Program-made: the position numbers and the translations under genes
Assembly: GCA_964016885.1 (NCBI GenBank)
Contig: OZ024744.1
Span: 88,970,001-89,034,000 of the forward strand
Source: Eledone cirrhosa
Lineage: Eukaryota
Length of the DNA stretch: 64,000 bases
Direction: 5' to 3'
Part shown: positions 41,320 through 58,042 of the stretch, piece by piece
Layout: each line of letters begins with the position of its first letter
Position numbering within the stretch: the stretch's first letter is position 1
Notes under the pieces: model-generated
Databases searched by the model: none
The model's input: the letters and a program-made list of their open reading frames with translations, nothing else
What the model was told of the DNA's origin: nothing

Positions 41320-44300
41320 ATGATTTCATTTATTAGCCACAAGGGCCGACATGTAGGGGACAATACAAAGACAGGGACAGTGGGGTTTACAATAAGGTGG
41401 AATAAAAGTGCACAATGGCAAGACTAACTTAACAATGAAAATATAAAAATATAAAATAAACTATGCATAAATATAACAAAATAAATTCCCTGGGGTGCTT
41501 CAGGTACCCCACCAATCCTGAACCACCCTGCGCTTCTAGGGCACCCATGGAGAGCACCCCTCTCCTCAAGTTAGCCAGCCTATAGGCGCATAGTCAGAGT
41601 AGGCCCATTCACACGAGCCATTCTCGACACATTCACCCACCTTTCGACACATTCACCCACCCAAATGTACTGGGGGGCAGCACTTCTCTCTCCACCCTCA
41701 CCTTCCTTTCCAGGTGAAACTTGAAGAAGTTGATGAGGGATTGGCCGAAGAGAAAAGTGTCTGTCTTTAGTCCTTTCAACCTGGTCCACCATATAATCTC
41801 TTTCGCAACTGCCACCAGACAGAGGAAAATTTCCTGCTCTTCCTGACCTAAGGAAGGCGGTGGATCGATCTTCACTATGGACTCGGCCGATGGCCGGATT
41901 CGTTCCACACGCGACAGTAGCTGTTCGACATAACTCCACAAGTCAGTAATGCACGGACATTGGACAAGTGCGTGCAGAACGGTTTCTTCGTTCTGTGCGC
42001 ATCTTGGGCAGGTCATTCTGACAGCCCTTCCGTGCCTGTAGAGATTATCCCGAACCGGCAGTGCCCCCCGGTAGCACTGCCAAGCGAGGGATTTCTGGAA
42101 ATTGTCCATCGTCCCCGGCTCAAAAGTCCTCCGGTACAGACTGGTCAGTTCGACTTCGTCGAGGCCTAAAGCTTCTCCGAGTGCGTCATCGTACTTGCCC
42201 ACCACTAATCCTCTATAGAACTCGAGAGTGGAAGTTCCACTGATCGCATTGCCCGCTTGGTAGAGGGCAGTGAGTGCCTGGCAACATTCCAGGTACCCGT
42301 CACCCAGTCTCGGTCTCTTCTTGACCCAGGACTGCAGCTCAGTCAGAGAAATGAGCTGCGGAAAGGCCCGTCTGATAAACGGCGACCACACCTGTTCAAG
42401 ATTGAGGCAGAATATCTGGAGATGTCGCAGCCTCAACGCATGTCTGCGCATCATTAGCCACGGCATGCCCAGCCCTCCGCGTAGAGGGTGCTGGCAGCAG
42501 ATGGACCGCCTCACCAACGGAACTTGTCCCCTCCACAAGAATTTGAAGAGGAGCCGTTCCAACTTGACGAGGCGCGGACGGGGGCAAGGCACGACGGTTA
42601 GGCGGTAGTAGATGACGGACGCGATGTACGCATTCGCCACCTCCGCGCGACCTTTCAGTGATAGCTTCCTCCCAGCCCATTTTTGGGTGAGACTGGCTAC
42701 TCTGCTCGTTACCTCGTCCCAATTCTTTTCCACCTGGAGGTCTGGTCCGAACCAAACCCCGAGCAACCCCACGACGCTGTTGGACGGCATGGGCTTGCCT
42801 TTCCAGGTTCCGAGCTGCAAGCCCACCGACTTTTCCGGGTTAAGTTTAGCTCCTGTCAACCTTTCATATTCCTTCAATAAGGTGCCGACCACCTCGATTT
42901 CTGAGGTGTTCGACACCATCACGGTGATGTCGTCCGCATAAGCCGACACCGCCTTTCCACGTCCCGGTTCGAGCCGGATGCCCTGCAACAGCTCCAGCTT
43001 CCGCAGTAAAGGCTCGAGAGTCAATACGTACAGAAGGGAAGAGAGAGGGCACCCTTGACGGACCGATCGGGAGAGCCGGAATGGTTCCGAGAGGTGGCCA
43101 TTAACTTTGACCACCGAATATGTGCCGCTGTGCATTGCAGCGATCCAGCTTCTAAAGACAGGGCCGAAGCCAGCTGCTTTGAGGACAAACTCCAGATACC
43201 GATGGTCGACCCTATCGAACGCTTTAGATTGATCTAAATTGGTCAGTGCCCCACCGAAGCCAGGTTTACACCCTACCCTCTCTATGATGTATCGCATGAG
43301 GTGGAGATTGTCGTGTATGGACCTGGCTGGGATTGCGCAAGTTTGCGCCTCCCCAACCAAATCCTCGACGACAAGCGCCAATCTCTTTGCTAACACCTTG
43401 GCCAAAATCTTAAACTCTGTGTTGAGCAGAGTTATGGGCCTGAAGTTGTCTAATGTATCCCTCTTGTTCTCGTATTTCCTTATCAGCGTCACCACTCCCC
43501 TACTCACACAACTGGGAATACTCCCATTCTGCTGCCAGTTGCAGTAGAGTGCTTCGAGGAGTTCGGAGAACAAGTCTGGCATATTTACGTAAAGCTCGTA
43601 GGGCAGGCCAACCAAACCGGGTGACTTGCGCCTAATACAGCCGACAAGGGCGTCCTGAATTTCGGCTGAAGTAATCGGCCTTTCGCAAGGCTCAGCGTTG
43701 ACCGTAGAGATGCGTGGCAAGCCGTCAAGGTAGGGACTGAAATCCGCTACTCTCTCTGACTCCCCACTCTCTCTGAACAACCGAGCAAAGTGCTGGCGAA
43801 AGGCCTCACACACCCGCTTGAAATCGCTTATCTCGTGTCCATCTCGGTCCGCCAAAGACCGAATTGTGGTTTTATTACCACGCTGCGCCTCCGCCACGCG
43901 GGCCCACCGAACAGCTTTAGTTCCCTCGTTTCTCAGCGCACGCGCCTTAGCTCTGACAATGCAACCTTCGTGTTTGGCATTGAAGAAATGGTCTAATGCC
44001 ATTCTCGCCGCTAACACGTCAGTTGCGATGCCCCTACAAATAGCCTCGTCTAACTTATCTACCAGCTCCCCCTCCTTTCTATTTTTCTCTAACGCTAGTT
44101 CTTTGCTGAACTCTATCGAAGTTACTCTAATCTCTCTTTTGAGAGCCACCCACCATCTGTTGTTGGTGATCCCCCCTGTCAACTTTTGCTTAACTAAATT
44201 GTTGACTCTGTCCCTGTAAGCCTTACGTGCCGGAAATGACATGTTCAGCTTCCAGTAACCCGGTCCTAACCTACACGTTTTATTTAGGTCGACCGTACAG

Positions 44301-44958
44301 ATCACAAATTTGTGATCTGAATAGGCGACCGTTTTAAAAAGTGGACAGCCCACACTATTTCTATCTATTTTCCTAATGAAGATCCTGTCTATATACGATC
44401 TAGATGACCCCATTCGGTTGGTCCATGTCCATACTGGCACATTGGGGAAATCTAGTCGATACCTGTCAGACAGTTGGAACTGGCTGAGTAGGTGCTTGAG
44501 GCTTTTGCACCCCCGCTCCTATCGGCTACTCCCACACAATCCCAGCGTGCGTCTAAGATGCTATTCCAGTCCCCCGCTAACAGTAAAGGGCGAGACGTAC
44601 CCAGAAAGGTCTCCAGGCGCCTAAAGAAGTCAGGTCGTCCGGCCCCTGTAGGGGCGTAGACGGCCAGCAGTCTAAAGGCACCACCTTCGCTACTGCTCAC
44701 ATCGAAGACCACCAACTTACCGTCCGGGTCCCGGAAGATCGACCTTACCTCGAGATCCAGTCCTTTCCTAAACAGCACTTCCACCCCACCCCCATTCCCG
44801 GCCTGCTAACAGATGCGAAGATCTGATAGTCGTCGAAAATGGGGGCTAGTGCGCGCGTGTCGGAAATTCTGGTCTCGCTTACGGCAATCACATCCATTTC
44901 CAGCGACCGGAGGTCGTTGAGCAGGCGACCCTGCTTCCAGAGTGACCCCAGGCCGCGA
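41320..44958 (-). mobile_element. Tx1/L1-clade LINE (ORF2 and 3' UTR) inserted in (AAT)n
   Basis: APE motifs RGL..SET, AGDWNSILD, YIDRIF and SDH; RT motifs NFRPITLLN, LDQSKAFDRV, VRQGCPLS and AYADD; C-terminal CPRC..ETVLHALVQC; end aataaatgaaatcattatt. Confidence 0.92.
41633..44440 (-). CDS. LINE ORF2 (endonuclease C-part, RT, zinc knuckle), 935 aa open
   Basis: ORF track. The upstream APE part is frameshifted (44452..44784). Confidence 0.85.
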   Translation of the reverse strand: MPVWTWTNRMGSSRSYIDRIFIRKIDRNSVGCPLFKTVAYSDHKFVICTVDLNKTCRLGPGYWKLNMSFPARKAYRDRVNNLVKQKLTGGITNNRWWVALKREIRVTSIEFSKELALEKNRKEGELVDKLDEAICRGIATDVLAARMALDHFFNAKHEGCIVRAKARALRNEGTKAVRWARVAEAQRGNKTTIRSLADRDGHEISDFKRVCEAFRQHFARLFRESGESERVADFSPYLDGLPRISTVNAEPCERPITSAEIQDALVGCIRRKSPGLVGLPYELYVNMPDLFSELLEALYCNWQQNGSIPSCVSRGVVTLIRKYENKRDTLDNFRPITLLNTEFKILAKVLAKRLALVVEDLVGEAQTCAIPARSIHDNLHLMRYIIERVGCKPGFGGALTNLDQSKAFDRVDHRYLEFVLKAAGFGPVFRSWIAAMHSGTYSVVKVNGHLSEPFRLSRSVRQGCPLSSLLYVLTLEPLLRKLELLQGIRLEPGRGKAVSAYADDITVMVSNTSEIEVVGTLLKEYERLTGAKLNPEKSVGLQLGTWKGKPMPSNSVVGLLGVWFGPDLQVEKNWDEVTSRVASLTQKWAGRKLSLKGRAEVANAYIASVIYYRLTVVPCPRPRLVKLERLLFKFLWRGQVPLVRRSICCQHPLRGGLGMPWLMMRRHALRLRHLQIFCLNLEQVWSPFIRRAFPQLISLTELQSWVKKRPRLGDGYLECCQALTALYQAGNAISGTSTLEFYRGLVVGKYDDALGEALGLDEVELTSLYRRTFEPGTMDNFQKSLAWQCYRGALPVRDNLYRHGRAVRMTCPRCAQNEETVLHALVQCPCITDLWSYVEQLLSRVERIRPSAESIVKIDPPPSLGQEEQEIFLCLVAVAKEIIWWTRLKGLKTDTFLFGQSLINFFKFHLERKVRVEREVLPPSTFGWVNVSKGG

Positions 44959-45052
44959 ATAATGATAATAATAATAATACTATAGTTATTGAGAATAACA
45001 ATAACAATAATTTAAGCACGTATAGTAGAACACCTACAAATATTAACAATGA

Positions 45053-45231
45053 TAATTGTTTCTACTTTAGGCACAAGGCCAGCAATTACCCAGTGCATTA
45101 CGGGTACTTTATTTTGTCGACCCCGTAAGGATGAAAGGTAAAGTCAACCTCGGCGGGATTTGAACTCAGATCGTAAAGGGATGTAACTATGCTGGAAAGC
45201 ATGGCGTGCGACCCTCTACCGATACTGCCAA
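45053..45231 (-). mobile_element. tRNA-derived SINE inside the PLE
   Basis: Reverse complement of the consensus. Confidence 0.9.
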
Positions 45232-46909
45232 TACACATGATAATGCGAACAGTTTAGATTATAGAAATAGCATGAGATCGAACTATAACTGTAGAAGGAA
45301 ATCTGAATGCCCTTTGCAAAATGACTGCCTAGATAAGAATTTAGTATATAAATGTACCATTAAAGCAAATAATAATATTACTTATAACTACATAGGTGCA
45401 ACTTCATCGAACTTTAAACTGAGATTTTCCAATCATAAACATTCTTTTTCTAATCCGGAAAAAAATGTTCTACTTCATTATCACAATTAATATGGTCTTA
45501 AAAGAGAAAAATATAAAATACTCACTCTCTTGGACTAAACTTCGAAACTGTGAACCATATCGGAATAATTCCATCTCACCTAACTGCAATCTTTGCAATC
45601 TAGAGACTCTATTAATAATTGCTAATTATGGTAATTTAATTAATAAAAAAGTGAGTTATTCTCAAATTGCCTCCATAAATCTGCAACAACATTTCAAGCA
45701 TCATATAAAATTAGGAAATAACATTGACTGAGTGAGAAAAGATATTGACTCTTATTAATAATTCTTGTAATGCTACTATTATTGTTATTATTGTTATTAT
45801 TGATATTATGTATAATGTTCTACCTCACCTTAGGAAATGCTTATCGGTTCTTTTATAGAGTAGGTTTGATTGATTAAATACCTTTAGATTGATTTTGAAT
45901 CCTCTTTTTAAGTCTTGAATTTTCTAAATTTGAGATCTGTAATATCTTCAGGCTTTCAAACCGTTTAGTTAATTTAAACATTTAGATACGTCGTACGGAG
46001 CTATTGTTTACATTTATCGTGTATATGTTTCGTATTATCCAAATTGATTATTAATCTGTATTTAACTTGATCTATAGTATTAAATAGAGTAAGATTTCGT
46101 TGAATCGAAATAATAATACTCTCATGAGTATATAGCTAATAATTAATCCTATTTGTAATTGACAAGTATTGATTTAAATAATATTGTTTATAATATTTGT
46201 ATTTCTAAACATTATATAAAATGCATATACAGATGCTAATATCCAAGTAAATTAAGTTAAACACTCGCATAATTATTTACTCATCATTGTTAGTTAATAA
46301 TGTTTCTAACTCTGAATTTTGTAACTAAATTATTGAATGTATTTATTAATTTAACTATGCTCCAGATTATCATTGAAAATATTTTATATTATTTTATATT
46401 ATCGTATATTGTTTTAATTTTGATATAATATAATAGTATAATTTCTATCAAATACAATAGATTAAACATTTCACGGTATTTAATTGATCGGTTCTACCTA
46501 AATTAATATTTGAAAAAAAACGGTCACGCATCATGTCTCTCTTCTCTTCCTCTATTTTCCTTATGCAATTATATATTCTACCATCTCTATCTCCCTTTCT
46601 TTGTTTTTATCTTCATCTCCTTATCTTTTCCCTTTCTCTCTCTCTCATTTGGGTTCTTTCTCTAATACGGATATTTACATATTTAAATATTTAAATATTT
46701 AATATTTATGTACTTATGTGTTTATGTAATTATTTTTTATGTATTTATTTATTTGTTCTACACTTTCTCCTACTCACCCTCTCCATTATATTTAGTTTGT
46801 CATGTTAGTACTTATGGTATATAAATATTGAGTTTTGTTATAATTAATCGCTGCCAAGACTGGAATTGAACCATCAGCACAGTTGAGGTATGTCATACAT
46901 CAATTTATG

Positions 46910-46976
46910 TATTTTATCTGATGAGGACGTACTGAAAAAAATAGCACAGTACCTCCGAAATATATATAATAAAATA
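46910..46976 (+). ncRNA. Type I hammerhead at the 3' end of the PLE
   Basis: tattttat-CTGATGA-ggacgtactg...cagtacctcc-GAAAT-atat-ATA-ataaaata. Confidence 0.85.
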
Positions 46977-47019
46977 TATTTTGATTACGTTGAATGTTTA
47001 TATTTATTAATATTTTGAA

Positions 47020-47054
<35 letters not shown>

Positions 47055-47146
47055 ACAAAGGAATTGGTAAGTCCAGAAATAGCCGTCGAAACGGCTTGAG
47101 CTCTGCCGTCGGGGTCATCCTTTTTCATATATATATATATATATAT

Positions 47147-48147
47147 AATTGTTTCTACTTTTGGCACAAAGCCAGCAATTACCCAGTGCATTACTGGTAC
47201 TTTAATTTATCGACCTTGTAAGGATGAAAGGCAAAGTTAACCTCGGCGGGATTTGAACTCAGAATGGCAAGTGCCGTAACTATGTGTCAAAGCATGGCGC
47301 CCGACTCTCTACCGATACTGCCAATCCCGCCTTTATATATATTTACACAATGTATAGCAAAACTAAAAATATTATCTGAAGGGTATTTGAAATCAGAATA
47401 CAAAGAGTCTATAATTAAAAGTCGCAAACAATTCTGACTGACTCTCTACCGTTTCTACAGTTACACTACCCTGATTCCTACTAATAATAATTATTTCTAC
47501 TTTTGGCATAAGGACAGCTTTTACCTCAGTGCGTGACTGGTACTTTATTTTATCGACCCTGTAAAGATGAAAGACAAAGTTATCCTCGGCGGGATTTGAA
47601 CTCAGAATGGCAAGGGCCGTAACTCTATGTGTCAAATCATGGCGTCCAACCCTAATAACTCATTCTATTTCTGTACTTCTACAATAATTTCCTCCAAATC
47701 GTCATATCTCCTAATCATTCACTCATTTCTCCCTCTTTATCTTTCTCTCCTTCTTTCTCTTTCTCTTTCTCTCCTTCTTTCTCTCTCTCTCTCTCTCTTC
47801 CTCTCTCTTTCTTTCCGTCTCCGTTTCCTTTCTCTGTCACTTTCTCCTCCACAATATTAAATAAAATATGTATGCGTTTGTGTCTGTGTGTTTATAGTGA
47901 CAGATATGTATATGTGTGTGTGTGTGTGTTTATAGTGACAGATATGCATGTGTGTGTGTATAATAAATAATTGTTTCTACTTTTGGCACAAGGCCAGCAA
48001 TTACCCCAGTGTATCACTGGTACTTTATTTTATCGACCCCGTAAGGATGAAAGGCAAAGTTAACCTCGGCGGGATTTGAACTCAGACCGTAAAGGGCCGT
48101 AACTCTCTGCTGCAAAGCATGGCGTCCGACCATCTACTGATACTGCC
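47147..48147 (-). mobile_element. Three same-orientation SINEs (47147-47332, 47488-47653, 47968-48147)
   Basis: Each contains gggatttgaactcaga and gatgaaag.caaagtta.cctcggc. Confidence 0.88.
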
Positions 48148-48382
48148 CTGTGTATACATACATATAATATTTACACAAACGCGCATACATACGCATCTAC
48201 ATACACACACTCCCACACATTTTTCTTCTCTTTTGCTTCTCTCATACTGCTTCCTCTCTCTAACTCTCATTATCTCTCTCTCATTCTCTCACTCTTTTTT
48301 TCTCTCACTGTCACTGTCTCTCTCCCATTCTCACTTTTTTTCTTTCATTCTTTCACTTTTTCTCTCTCACTCTTTCTCTCTC

Positions 48383-48448
<66 letters not shown>

Positions 48449-48719
48449 TCTCTCTCTCTCCCTCGCTCTGTCTATCTCTCTCTCACCCTCTATATCTCTA
48501 ATGGTCTCTCTTTGCACCCTCTCTCTCTATCTCTGCAGTTCGTCTCTCCCCCTCTCTCTCTCTCTATCTGTCTATCTTTCTCTCTATATATATCTATATC
48601 AATATATATATATATATATCTATATATATATGTCTCTGTGGCCTAGCGGTAGGTACTAGAGACGGTAGAGATACTGGCATTGGGTTCAGTCCTGGTAGAG
48701 AGATACATGTAATCTTTTA

Positions 48720-48770
<51 letters not shown>

Positions 48771-49203
48771 AATTAATAAAAACAATGAAATAAAAACAAA
48801 GAACAGGTTCCTTGTGTTGAAAAAATCATCATTTTACGATCGTTTCTTGGATATATATGTGTGTTGGTATGTATATCATATTAAAGATATATGTAAAAAA
48901 TATTACAAATTATCAGAGGAGGTATACATACCTTCAATTATATATGTCATCTTCAGATATATATATATATATATATCCTCCATTCTCCCTATCTTTCTAT
49001 CTCTCTCTCTCTATATATATATATATATAGAGAGAAAAAGTTTAACCCCAGCGGCACAGCTCAAGCCGTTTCGACGGCTATTTCTGGAACAGCTTCAACT
49101 CTGACACTGGGTTAAACATTTTCCTATTATCTACTCTACTACCGTAAGTTTTGAGTACTCTGGTGCGTTATGGTCTATCTGGTTCCTTACCACAACTCCT
49201 TCG

Positions 49204-49267
<64 letters not shown>

Positions 49268-49299
49268 TCCATTCTCTCTCTATATATATATATATATAT

Positions 49300-52290
<2,991 letters not shown>

Positions 52291-52317
52291 TATATATATA
52301 TATATATATCCTTCATT

Positions 52318-52405
<88 letters not shown>

Positions 52406-52409
52406 ATAT

Positions 52410-53020
52410 ATATATTAATTAAAAAATAGAACAAGAAACCAGGACTATCCATCATCAGTGATCTTCTGGCCATCATCGATATTTCTTCGCATTAAAGAGC
52501 AGATACTTCAAGCCAGCGCGAACAATAACTAAATTAAGTTATTGGGATAAAAAGAATTGGGTGGAAAAAGAGAGACATGTAAACATACAAAAATGGTAAG
52601 GCAACATAAATAGAGGAAAATGAGAAAACAAATCAGTGATACATGTGAACTTAAGTTCTAGCAAATCAATGACGAGAAGACGAAGGACGCGTCCGAACCC
52701 TGCGAAATGTAAGCGAGAAAAGGATATCACACAGGTCAGACGGAATGAAGTGAGAGAGGGGGAGTAACAGAGAGTGAGTGAGTGAAAGTGTGAGGAAGGG
52801 GCCAGCCGAGAGAGGGTGACCAGCAGAGGGGGTGAATGAAAGTAAGAGGTACAAGGAGAGATAAGGGGGAGAGAGAAAGAGGAAAGCAGTAAGGGAAAGA
52901 AAGAGACAGGTCACGGCGGGGGGAAGAAATATAGGAATGAAAAATGGTGTGCTGCGTTGTTGCGAATGTAATACATATGAATTAAAAAATACAGCAAGAA
53001 ACCAGGACTATCCGTCATCA
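52410..53020 (-). mobile_element. Non-coding element (563-bp period) carrying permuted hammerhead subfamily C
   Basis: caagaaaccaggactatcc.tcatca is repeated at 52432 and 52995, and the purine-rich strand resembles 59760-60400. Confidence 0.75.
52447..52548 (-). ncRNA. Putative permuted hammerhead (copy C)
   Basis: ATCC-hairpin-TCGCG CTGGCT TGA AGTAT C TGCTCTT TAA TGCGA A GAA ATATC GATGAT GGCCAG AAGATCA CTGATGA T GGAT. Confidence 0.7.
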
Positions 53021-53198
53021 CATATATATATATATCCTCCATTCGCTCCCTCCCTTAAGCCACAGTATATAGAGTATATAATCTATACATTATACAAGCT
53101 ATATTACTGTATGCTGCGCTATCTCTTTTATTTTTATACCTTTCTCACACACATATATATATATAATATATATATATATAAATGTAATGAAGAACTTA

Positions 53199-53230
<32 letters not shown>

Positions 53231-53231
53231 A

Positions 53232-53420
53232 GGGCGGGGGATTGGCAGTATCGGTAGAGGGTCGGACGCCATGCTTTCCAGAATAGTTACGTCCCTTTAC
53301 GATCTGAGTTCAAATCCCGCCGACGTTGACTTTGCCTTTCATCCTTACGGGGTCGATAAAATAAAGTACCAGTAATGCACTGGGTAATAGCTGGTCTTGT
53401 GCCTAAAGTAGAAACAATTA
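53232..53420 (+). mobile_element. tRNA-derived SINE, full length
   Basis: Matches the consensus. Confidence 0.9.
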
Positions 53421-53636
53421 TATACATATATATATATATATAATATATATATTATATATATAATATATATTATAGTAATAATAATAAATTTGAAGACTAA
53501 AATCCAAAGAGGGCTCGATAAGGATAAATATATATCAAATATATAAGAACCGTAGAGCAAATATTCAGAAGATCCCGTTAAGGGTGAAAGCAGCGATTCT
53601 TTGCTTAAACTTTAATCTGTTATTTTAATAAATTAA

Positions 53637-54129
<493 letters not shown>

Positions 54130-54231
54130 TATTATTATTATTATACTTTAATCTGTTATTTTAATATATATATATATATACATTTAAGTATCAGCCGTAC
54201 TTAGAGTGAGAAATGAAACTTCATTTTTTCC

Positions 54232-54285
<54 letters not shown>

Positions 54286-54297
54286 GTATATATATAT

Positions 54298-54411
<114 letters not shown>

Positions 54412-54449
54412 ATATACATACATACATGTATATATGCATATATATATAT

Positions 54450-54806
54450 ATATTAAAATAACAGATTAAAGTTTAAGCAAAGAATCACTGCTTTCACCCT
54501 TAAGGGGATCTTCTGAAACTAAAAACATCAATCTGTGAACGCAGAAGTAAATATTTCAAAAAACCTTGCACGAACCAAAGTATCGTCTTCCTACCTTCGT
54601 TTGCAACGTTTTTGAAATATTTACTTCTGCGTTCACAGATTTACTTTTTTAGTTTCAGAAGATCCCGTTAAGGGTGAAAGCAGCGATTTTTTGCTTAAAC
54701 TATAATCTGTTATTTTAATAAATATTTGCTCTACGGTTCTTATCTATCTGATATATATTTATCCTTATCGAGCCCTCTTTGGATTTTAGTCTTCAAATTT
54801 ATTATT
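54450..54806. repeat. Palindromic PLE-type terminal repeat
   Basis: 54450-54570 is the reverse complement of 54602-54720. The tail 54720-54806 is inverted at 53479-53565. Confidence 0.85.
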
Positions 54807-54849
54807 ACTATATATTATTATTATTAATATTATTATTATTATTATAAGC

Positions 54850-57749
54850 AAATGTTGACAGGGGGATCATCAACAACAGATGGTGGGGGGCTCTCAAAAG
54901 AGAGATTAGAGTAACTTCGATAGAGTTCAGCAAAGAACTAGCGTTAGAGAAAAATAGAAAGGAGGGGGAGCTGGTAGATAAGTTAGACGAGGCTATTTGT
55001 AGTGGCATCGCAACTGACGTGCTAGCGGCGAGAATGGCATTAGACCATTTCTTCAATGCCAAACACGAAGGTTGCATTGTCAGAGCTAAGGCGCGTGCGC
55101 TGAGAAACGAGGAAACTAAAGCTGTTCGATGGGCCCGCGTGGTGGAGGCGCAGCGTGGTAATAAAACCACAATTCGGTCTTTGGCGGACCGAGACGGACA
55201 CGAGATAAGCGATTCCAAGCGGATGAGTGAGGCCTTTCGCCAGCACTTTGCTCGATTGTTCAGGGAGAGTGGCGAGTCAGAGAGAGTAGCGGATTTCAGT
55301 CCCTACCTTGACGGCTTGCCGCGCATCTCGACGGTCGATGCTGAGCGCTGCGAAAGGCCGATTACTTCAGCCGAAATTCAGGACGCCCTTGTCGGCTGCA
55401 TAAGGCGCAAGTCACCCGGTTTCGATGGCCTGCTCTACGAGCTTTACGTAAATATGCCAGACTTGTTCTCCGAACTCCTCGAAACACTCTACTGCAACTG
55501 GCAGCAGAATGGGAGTATTCCCAGTTCTGTGAGCAGGGGAGTGGTGACGCTGATAAGGAAAGACGAGAACAAGAGGGATACATTAGACAACTTCAGGCCC
55601 ATAACTCTGCTCAACACAGAGTTTAAGAGTTTGGCCAAGGTGTTAGCAAAGAGATTGGCGCTTGTCGTCGAGGATTTGGTTGGGGAGGCCCAAACTTGCA
55701 CAATCCCAGCCAGGTCCATACACGACAATCTCCACCTCATGCGATACATCATAGAGAGGGTAGGGTGTAAACCTGGCTTCGGTGGGGCACTGATCAATTT
55801 AGATCAATCGAAAGCGTTCGATAGGGTCGACCATCGGTATCTGGAGTTTGTCCTCAAAGCAGCTGGCTTCGGCCCTGTCTTTAGAAGCTGGATCGTTGCA
55901 ATGCACAGCGGCACACGCTCGGAGGTCAAGGTTAATGGCCACCTCTCGGAACCATTTCGGCTCTCCCGATCGGTCCGTCAAGGGTGCCCTCGCTCTTCCC
56001 TTCTGTACGTATTGACTCTCAAGCCTTTACTGCGGAAGCTGGAGCTGTTGCAGGGCATCCCGCTCGAACCGGGACGTGGAAAGGCGGTGTCGGCTTATGC
56101 GGACGACATCACCGTGATGGTGTCGAACACCTCAGAAATCGAGGTGGTCGGCACCTTATTGAAGGAATATGAAAGGTTGACAGGAGCCAAACTTAACCCG
56201 GAAAAGTCGGTGGGCTTGCAGCTCGGAACCTAGAGAGGCAAGCCCATGCCGTCCAACAGCGTCGTGGGGCGCTGGACGGACGGACCGGTAAAGTTGCTTG
56301 GGGTTTGGTTCGGACCAGACCTCCAGGTGGAAAAGAATTGGGACGAGGTAACGAGCAGAGTAGCCAGTCTCACCCAAAAATGGGCTGGGAGGAAGCTATC
56401 ACTGAAAGGTCGCGCGGAGGTGGCGAATGCGTACATCGTGTCCGTCATCTACTACCGCCTAAGCGTCGTGCCTTGCCCCCGTCCGCACCTCGTCAAGTTG
56501 GAACGGCTCCTCTTCAAATTCTTGTGGAGGGGACAAGTTCCGTTGGTGAGGCGGTCCATCTGCTGCCAGCACCCTCTACGCGGAGGGCTGGGCATGCCGT
56601 GGCTAATGATGCGCAGACATGCGTTGAGGCTGCGACATCTCCAGATATTCTGCCTCAATCTTGAACAGGTGTGGTCGCCGTTTATCAGACGGGCCTTTCC
56701 GCAGCTCATTTCTTTGACAGAGCTGCAATCCTGGGTCAAGAAGAGACCGAGACTGGGTGACTGGCACCTGGAATGTTGCCAGGCACTCACTGCCCTCTAC
56801 CAAGCGGGCAATGCGATCAGTGGAACTTCCACTCTCGAGTTCTATAGAGGATTAGTGGTGGGCAAGTACGATGACGCACTCGGAGAAGCTTTAGGCCTCG
56901 ACGAAGTCGAACTGACCAGTCTGTACCGGAGGACTTTTGAGCCGGGGACGATGGACAATTTCCAGAAATCCCTCGCTTGGCAGTGCTACCGGGGGGCACT
57001 ACCGGTTCGGGATAAACTCTAAAGGCACGGAAGTGCTGTCAGACGGACCCGCCCAAGATGCGCACAGAACGAAGAAACCGTTCTGCACGCACTTGTCAAT
57101 GTCCGTGCATTACTGACTTGTGGAGTTATGTCGAACAGCTACTGTCGCGTGTGGAACGAATCCGACTATCGGCCGAGTCCATAGTGAAGATCGAGCCGCC
57201 ACCTTCCTTAGGTCAGGAAGAGCAGGAAATTTTCCTCTGTCTGGTGGCAGTTGCGAAAGAGATTATATGGTGGACCAGGTTGAAAGGACTAAAGACAGAC
57301 ACTTTTCTCTTCGGCCAATCCCTCATCAACTTCTTCAAGTTTCACCTGGAAAGGAGGGTGAGGGTGGAGATAGAAGTGCTGCCCCCCAGTACATTTGCGA
57401 AAAGGTGGGTGAATGTGGCGAGAATGGCTCGTGTGAATGGGCCTACTCTGACCATGCGCCTATAGGCTGCCTAACTTGAGGAGAGGGGTGCTCTCCTGGG
57501 TGCCCTAGAAGCGCAGGGTGGTTCAGGATTGGTGGGGTACCTGAAGCACCCCAGGGTCGTAGACCCCCTATCGGGGAATTTATTTTGTTATATTTATGCA
57601 TAGTTTATTTTATATTTTTATATTTTCATTGTTAAATTAGTCTTGCCATTGTGCACTTTTACTCGACCTTATTGTAAACCACCACTGTCCCTGTCTTTGT
57701 ATTGTCCAACTACATGTCGGCCCTTGTGGCTAATAAATGAAATCATTAT
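54850..57749 (+). mobile_element. Tx1/L1-clade LINE, second 5'-truncated copy with stops
   Basis: ORFs 55019..56233, 56246..57022 and 57058..57465 are nearly identical to the 41.6-44.4 kb copy. It has the same 3' end and is preceded by (ATT)n. Confidence 0.92.
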
Positions 57750-57955
57750 CGGTGGATTGGCAGTATCGGTAGAGGATCGGACGCCATGCTTTCCAGCATA
57801 GTTACGTCCCTTTACGATCTGAGTTCAAATCCCCCCGAGGTTGACTTTGCCTTTCATCCTTACGGGGTCGATAAAATAAAGTACCAGTAATGCACTGGGT
57901 AATTGCTGGCCTTGTGCCTAAAGTAGAAACAATTATTATTATTATTATTATTATT
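57750..57955 (+). mobile_element. SINE directly abutting the LINE 3' end, with (ATT)n tail
   Basis: gaaatcattat-cggtggattggcagtatcgg. Confidence 0.9.
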
Positions 57956-57997
57956 ACTATATATATATATATATATAAGTTCTTCATTTCTTTATTA

Positions 57998-58042
<45 letters not shown>

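Larger units (their letters stand above)
39920..47030 (+). mobile_element. Penelope-like retroelement, 5'-truncated, interrupted by a SINE, a Tx1 LINE and a second SINE
   Basis: ORFs 39933..40373 (KDHK..RLIAPSKSDIG), 40318..40782 (MGS, LYRDD, NFLDVTL), 41043..41336 (IIWYAPP), 45206..45490 (CRRKSECPL..NYIG) and 45465..45731 (CNLCNLE), with a terminal HHR. Confidence 0.9.
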
